Source: Thermoplasmatota archaeon (GTDB lineage: Archaea; Thermoplasmatota; Thermoplasmata; Lutacidiplasmatales; JAMCUS01). Taken from it: DNA of 64,000 nt. Positions 60,701-64,000 of this stretch are shown here, piece after piece (positions within the stretch are counted from its first letter, which is position 1; every line of letters starts with the position of its first letter). Under the pieces are notes generated by a model. It saw only the letters and a list, made by a program, of their open reading frames with translations, had not been told where the DNA came from and made no database searches. The position numbers were made by a program, and so were the translations under genes. The stretch is from assembly GCA_023379385.1 (NCBI GenBank), contig JAMCUS010000024.1, positions 30,776 through 94,775 on the forward strand, read 5' to 3'.

Positions 60701-61355
60701 CTGCATCCTTTTTATCATGTTCGAGCATCTTTAATCGCTGTTCAGTTTCATTTTTTATAATCTCTATTTTAGATACATTCTCCTCTATAGCTACTTTTTT
60801 TTCTTCTGCTTTAAGAAGCTCAACATCATATACCGAAACACCTGAGATTGTATCTATAATTTTTCTCCTCTCCTTTGAACCTATCTCTATTACTGACGTA
60901 ATATCACCCTGCTGAACTATGTTGAAGCTATCCATGTTTATTCTGGCATTATCCAGAATTGTTTCAAGGTCTGTATGTGACACCTTTTTATTGTTGATAT
61001 ATATGTTACTGCTGTACCCATCCGGATTATTTGGAGACAATCTGATGGTTCTTGTTATTTCAATCTCATCACTGTCTATAGCTATTTCCCTGCTTTTGTT
61101 ATCAAAAACAATTGATACAGAAGCATGCGTAGCAGGATCCCTATTTGCCCCTCCATTGAAAATAAGATCTGTCAACTTCTGTGCTCTCAGAGCCCTGCTG
61201 CCTTTCTGTCCCAGGACAAAAATTATTGCATCGCTTATATTGGACTTACCACTTCCGTTAGGTCCTGTAACAGCAGTGAATCCCTTCTCAAACGGTATTA
61301 CTGTCTTTTTATGAAATGATTTAAAATTCTCCATTTTCATCATTTTAATATACAT
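57765..61355 (-). CDS. smc: chromosome segregation protein SMC
   Basis: Walker A 'GPNGSGKSNISDAI', long coiled coils, hinge, 'LSGGEKSLTSLTF' signature, Walker B 'FYVLDEVD'. Confidence 0.9.
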   Translation of the reverse strand: MYIKMMKMENFKSFHKKTVIPFEKGFTAVTGPNGSGKSNISDAIIFVLGQKGSRALRAQKLTDLIFNGGANRDPATHASVSIVFDNKSREIAIDSDEIEITRTIRLSPNNPDGYSSNIYINNKKVSHTDLETILDNARINMDSFNIVQQGDITSVIEIGSKERRKIIDTISGVSVYDVELLKAEEKKVAIEENVSKIEIIKNETEQRLKMLEHDKKDAEKYRDILSKMEEERLAIKWKEYLDKVKSIDGLMNQIKETGSEVEHYKEELKKVDDDLTEAQKEQSNLISKINEKEQYKNEVTSKEYQQNAIMEAKLTEKMENIEAGIKDINSNMNTSKTEIEKRKKRIIEYRDKIDSLKTDKEDKENRFKTVDDELTLLKKNHTSNLMEYNELEKRRISIEKELEKMKEMIQLTNERMEQLRKEKDKKIVEKSEIDEECKRIKFEITDLEKYIKSGNITKLEKETEELKNQFYKNRGELTSIEKEKEEIEGKLRTLTRDRGKLEGKKEILTTSDGSEYIISLRNSGSIEGIIGHIKELISVDEKYRKAVLVAIGSRINSVVVRDENVASECISYLKEKKLGRTTFLPLNKLLDGRPRGKALMVCKNEHAIGMLIEIIKFNEEYRKAIWYAVGDTVLVDSIESAKSVMGGVRLITVDGDLIEANGAMIGGFTRESNITFGSSANATDLENLLLTINKLESRLDMLKQKKADVDIYLKDIEAKLNINMVEIGKLNEKSRTGADELIKLKKDYNVNTSKAEMLDKDINGYTDEISKVERDLESFNESVSKLNADYKNIKEELLNKAPKEIVNNLEKLEKLRETYQKEINGLTSSIVELSTTIENENKRIHELEDEIKIFTYNMANNKDELNKIKKELDVTRDKIKSSELLISSIISQYGELKEQLEKQKKEIDRLNTKREAIKGNISNRQIVVDTLTSKCKEIQEEIKIIEPELKMEMKENFKNVSKDELISTVNNQERMLKEMGNVNMKAIEEYQEIRHRLDELVQSLDKMDLEKKEIQKVTEEINIEKKNRFLQVFYEINKNFKEIYGILSSGGEAEILLDNYEDPFNGGLIIKAKPIGKKVQRIEALSGGEKSLTSLTFIMSIQKYLPSPFYVLDEVDMFLDAVSAERIGKMIKRLSENTQIVMISLRKATLREADRIYGVTQQGDGISMIISKDIISIKDHEIPDTAIGKEGEGGVA

Positions 61356-61607
61356 TCATTCCCATCCCCGTTTTATAAACATCATCAATGTGTCAGCTAT
61401 GTTTATATATTGTATATGCTGTTATATATACTTTTTGTGTTCAATATGTGGTTAAATGTCTGAAATGTATTGGGTTGATAGATGACGTGTTGTGACATCT
61501 CTTCTTCTGTCTAGGCATAGGTGTATTTTCAGTTATCCCTCTTTTTGAAACAGAAGTCATTCAAAAATGTTAAATATTGTGTTTACGTTGTAACGGCGTG
61601 GTGAAAA

Positions 61608-61844
61608 ATGACAAAAAAAGTAGAGCTAAGGGTATACGGGATGACGTGTGATGATTGCGTAGCTCATGTAAGTGAAGGGTTAAAGGGTACCAAAGGTGTG
61701 CTTGACGTCATTGTTTCACTAAAGGATGGCAAAGCTGAAGTATTGATAAACGATGCAGTTAATCCAAAAGAATTGGAAAATATTGAAGTCTTCAAAAAAC
61801 CATCACACTACAAAGCACAGGTTAGGCGTGTTAAAGATGAGTGA
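61608..61844 (+). CDS. heavy-metal-associated (HMA) domain metallochaperone (MerP/MerH-like)
   Basis: 'GMTCDDCV' GMTCxxC metal-binding motif; 78 aa. Confidence 0.75.
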   Translation: MTKKVELRVYGMTCDDCVAHVSEGLKGTKGVLDVIVSLKDGKAEVLINDAVNPKELENIEVFKKPSHYKAQVRRVKDE

Positions 61845-63222
61845 ATACGATCTGGCTATCATAGGCATAGGTGCAGCAGCTTTTTCGGCAGCAATAAAAG
61901 CTAGTGAACTCACATCAAATCAGATGAAGATTGCAATGATAGGTTATGGTGCTCTTGGTGGAACATGCGTTAATGTTGGTTGTGTACCTTCAAAATATCT
62001 TATAGAGGCATCAAAGAGTTTCAGAAATGCTAAAAAGATGGTATATGACGGTATGGAATCCTCTGTAACCATAGATTTCAATGAATTCATGGAATCTTTA
62101 AATAAATTCGTTGAAACTGAAAGGGAAGAGAAATATACAAAGGTCCTCAAAAACTTTAAGAATATTGATTTATACGATGGAAAAGCCAAATTTATAGACA
62201 AAAATACTGTTACAGTTAATGGTAATAAAATAAGTGCATTCAATTTTATTATCGCTACAGGGTCCAAAACTTTTATACCTGATTTAAAGGGGCTTGTAAA
62301 TTACTATACCAGCGATAACATATGGACAATCAGAAAAATACCTGAAAAATTGGCAATACTAGGTTCTGGAGAAGTAGCATTAGAACTTGCAAATGCATTC
62401 TCTAATTTTGGTTCAGAAGTTCATATTATAAACAGATCAAATAGATTATTGAAAGGATTTGATGATGATATAACCAATGAATTAAGAAACATAATGGCTA
62501 AAAACGGTATAAAATTTCATCTGGGTGTTGATATAAAAGAAATAAAGAACAATAAAGAAAAGAAAATAATATTTTATAACGGAACCGAACAACCAATTGA
62601 TGTAGACGAAATAATTGTTGCCATGGGTAGACAGCCCAATATAGAAGAGTTATGTCTTGAAAAAGCTGAGGTAAAATATAACCACGGCATATTGGTAGAT
62701 AGCCATATGAAAACATCCTGTGAGAACATCTATGCTGCCGGTGATTGCGTTGAACAGGAATTAAAACTGGAAACATTAGCCGGAAAGGAAGGTGCCGTGG
62801 CTGCTGGAAACATACTGGGATCAGATGAGAGCATAAATATAAAGGAAATTCCGTGGGCTGCTTTCTGTGAACCAAATGTAGCCTCTGTTGGTTATACTGA
62901 AAAGGAGCTGAAATTACAAAATAGGGATTATATCGTAAGGAAAATTGATCTGAAAAATGTTGTCAAGGCCAATATACTCAAATCAAATGAAGGTATTGTT
63001 AAAATTATATCAGATAACGAAAAAAGGATACTCGGTATGCAAATTATTGCTCCACATGCAGCCGAATTTATAATTGAAGGTGTTTATCTGGTAAAACACA
63101 GACTTACCTATGATGATATAATAAACACAAGCCATATATTTCCTACAGTTGCGGAATCCGTAAAAATAGCGGGGCAATCTTTTATAAGAGATATATCTAA
63201 AATGAGCTGTTGCATGGAGTAA
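61837..63222 (+). CDS. merA: mercuric reductase (pyridine nucleotide-disulfide oxidoreductase, no fused NmerA)
   Basis: FAD motif 'DLAIIGIGAAA', redox-active 'GGTCVNVGCVPSK', C-terminal vicinal Cys pair '...KMSCCME' typical of MerA. ATGAGTGA overlap with the HMA gene. Confidence 0.75.
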   Translation: MSEYDLAIIGIGAAAFSAAIKASELTSNQMKIAMIGYGALGGTCVNVGCVPSKYLIEASKSFRNAKKMVYDGMESSVTIDFNEFMESLNKFVETEREEKYTKVLKNFKNIDLYDGKAKFIDKNTVTVNGNKISAFNFIIATGSKTFIPDLKGLVNYYTSDNIWTIRKIPEKLAILGSGEVALELANAFSNFGSEVHIINRSNRLLKGFDDDITNELRNIMAKNGIKFHLGVDIKEIKNNKEKKIIFYNGTEQPIDVDEIIVAMGRQPNIEELCLEKAEVKYNHGILVDSHMKTSCENIYAAGDCVEQELKLETLAGKEGAVAAGNILGSDESINIKEIPWAAFCEPNVASVGYTEKELKLQNRDYIVRKIDLKNVVKANILKSNEGIVKIISDNEKRILGMQIIAPHAAEFIIEGVYLVKHRLTYDDIINTSHIFPTVAESVKIAGQSFIRDISKMSCCME

Positions 63223-63345
63223 ACTTAAAAGTAATACACTTAATACTGTGATGCAATAAATATTGTTAAACTTTTATTTTTAACGTTATATGGAATAAAA
63301 TATATTTCCATTTTTTTAAATAGTAATTTTGTATATCTTGTAATC

Positions 63346-64000
63346 ATGATTGAATTAGCAGAAAAGATAGCTGAATACGTGGTTGATGTTGATTATAAAG
63401 ATCTTTCCCAGACAGTAATTGATGAAGCTAAACGCAGGGTTATTGATACATTAGGAGTTGCCAAAGCATCTCTTCAGTCCCCACCTGCATTGGTAAATAA
63501 AAAAATGGTTAACTATTACCCAGGAGATAGTTACCTGATTGGTGGTGGTAGAGCCTCCCCTGATTTTTCATCGTTCTATAACGGCCTATTAATACGATAT
63601 CTGGATTTTAATGATACCTATCTATCCAAAGAACCGTTGCACCCCAGTGATATGATTGGCGCCCTTTTATCTGTCGGTACATTGTTCAACAAAACAGGCA
63701 AGGACCTCATATTATCTGTTGCCGTAGGATATGAAGTAGGGGTTAGATTATGTAACAGCAGTTCTTTAAGAAAAAAGGGATATGATCACGTAAATTTTTT
63801 AGAAGTGGCTACAGCATCTGCATTATCAAAGATGCTTTCTTTATCCAGGGAACAGGTTGTCAATGCGATATCCATAACATTAGTACCTCACATAGCTATG
63901 AGAGAGACCAGATCTGGTGAGTTATCTATGTGGAAGGCAGGTGCTGCTGCTAATGCAGATAGAAATGCTACTTTCGCTACATTGTCTGCGTTGAATGGAT
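63346..64000 (+). CDS. MmgE/PrpD-family protein (2-methylcitrate dehydratase-like); 3' end beyond the window
   Basis: Manual translation 'MIELAEKIAEYVVDVDYKDLSQTVIDEAKRRVIDTLGVA...AVGYEVGVRL...' matches the PrpD N-terminal domain. No stop codon before 64000. Confidence 0.6.
   Translation, partial: MIELAEKIAEYVVDVDYKDLSQTVIDEAKRRVIDTLGVAKASLQSPPALVNKKMVNYYPGDSYLIGGGRASPDFSSFYNGLLIRYLDFNDTYLSKEPLHPSDMIGALLSVGTLFNKTGKDLILSVAVGYEVGVRLCNSSSLRKKGYDHVNFLEVATASALSKMLSLSREQVVNAISITLVPHIAMRETRSGELSMWKAGAAANADRNATFATLSALNG

Noticed and set aside
58549-61314. Several 60-130-aa + strand ORFs (58549, 59332, 59647, 59992, 60253, 60919, 61125)
   Set aside because: All lie antisense inside the smc coiled-coil region; low-complexity S/L/F-rich translations.
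1-64000. CRISPR array or cas genes
   Set aside because: No regularly spaced direct repeats of 24-40 bp with unique spacers were seen anywhere. The only repeats are IS ends, the 33-bp GT4 duplication and short promoter-region repeats.

Overview
AT-rich (about 35-37% GC) archaeal chromosomal segment, probably from a Thermoplasmatales-type acidophile. Support for this: the archaeal-only ribosomal protein operon rpl7ae-rps28e-rpl24e-ndk, deoxyhypusine synthase, smc-scpA-scpB, FtsZ, class-III-signal-peptide pilin, intron-containing tRNAs, and a merA/HMA mercury-resistance pair.

The window is mostly housekeeping genes:
- ilvE, sdhCAB, ctaB, ubiX, pyrC, ndk, r-proteins, ABC transporter, SMC/ScpAB, FtsZ.

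Interleaved are accessory and mobile DNA:
- an IS607-family element (frameshifted serine-recombinase tnpA plus intact tnpB) abutting the NFACT/Rqc2 gene;
- an IS200/IS605-type tnpB-only element next to a tRNA-Ala gene, with two internally deleted (MITE-like) derivative copies elsewhere in the window;
- an IS110-family transposase remnant.

Other notable loci:
- a Tad/type-IV-pilus-like locus with a pilin, two paralogous FlaI/TadA ATPases and a FlaJ-like membrane protein split into two single-domain ORFs;
- a 977-aa wHTH-(unknown domain)-STAND NTPase-TPR protein next to a tRNA-Gln gene that appears to carry two insertions (putative introns, one in the T-loop);
- a peptidase-rich stretch (M1, S53 sedolisin-like, M61-PDZ);
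- a 1466-aa TPR protein with a C-terminal zinc ribbon;
- an MFS phosphate transporter fused to a PhoU-like (DUF47) domain;
- an unknown 618-aa polytopic membrane protein co-operonic with heme O synthase.

No CRISPR array was seen. All functional calls are from motif and architecture recognition by eye and need a database or HMM search to confirm.
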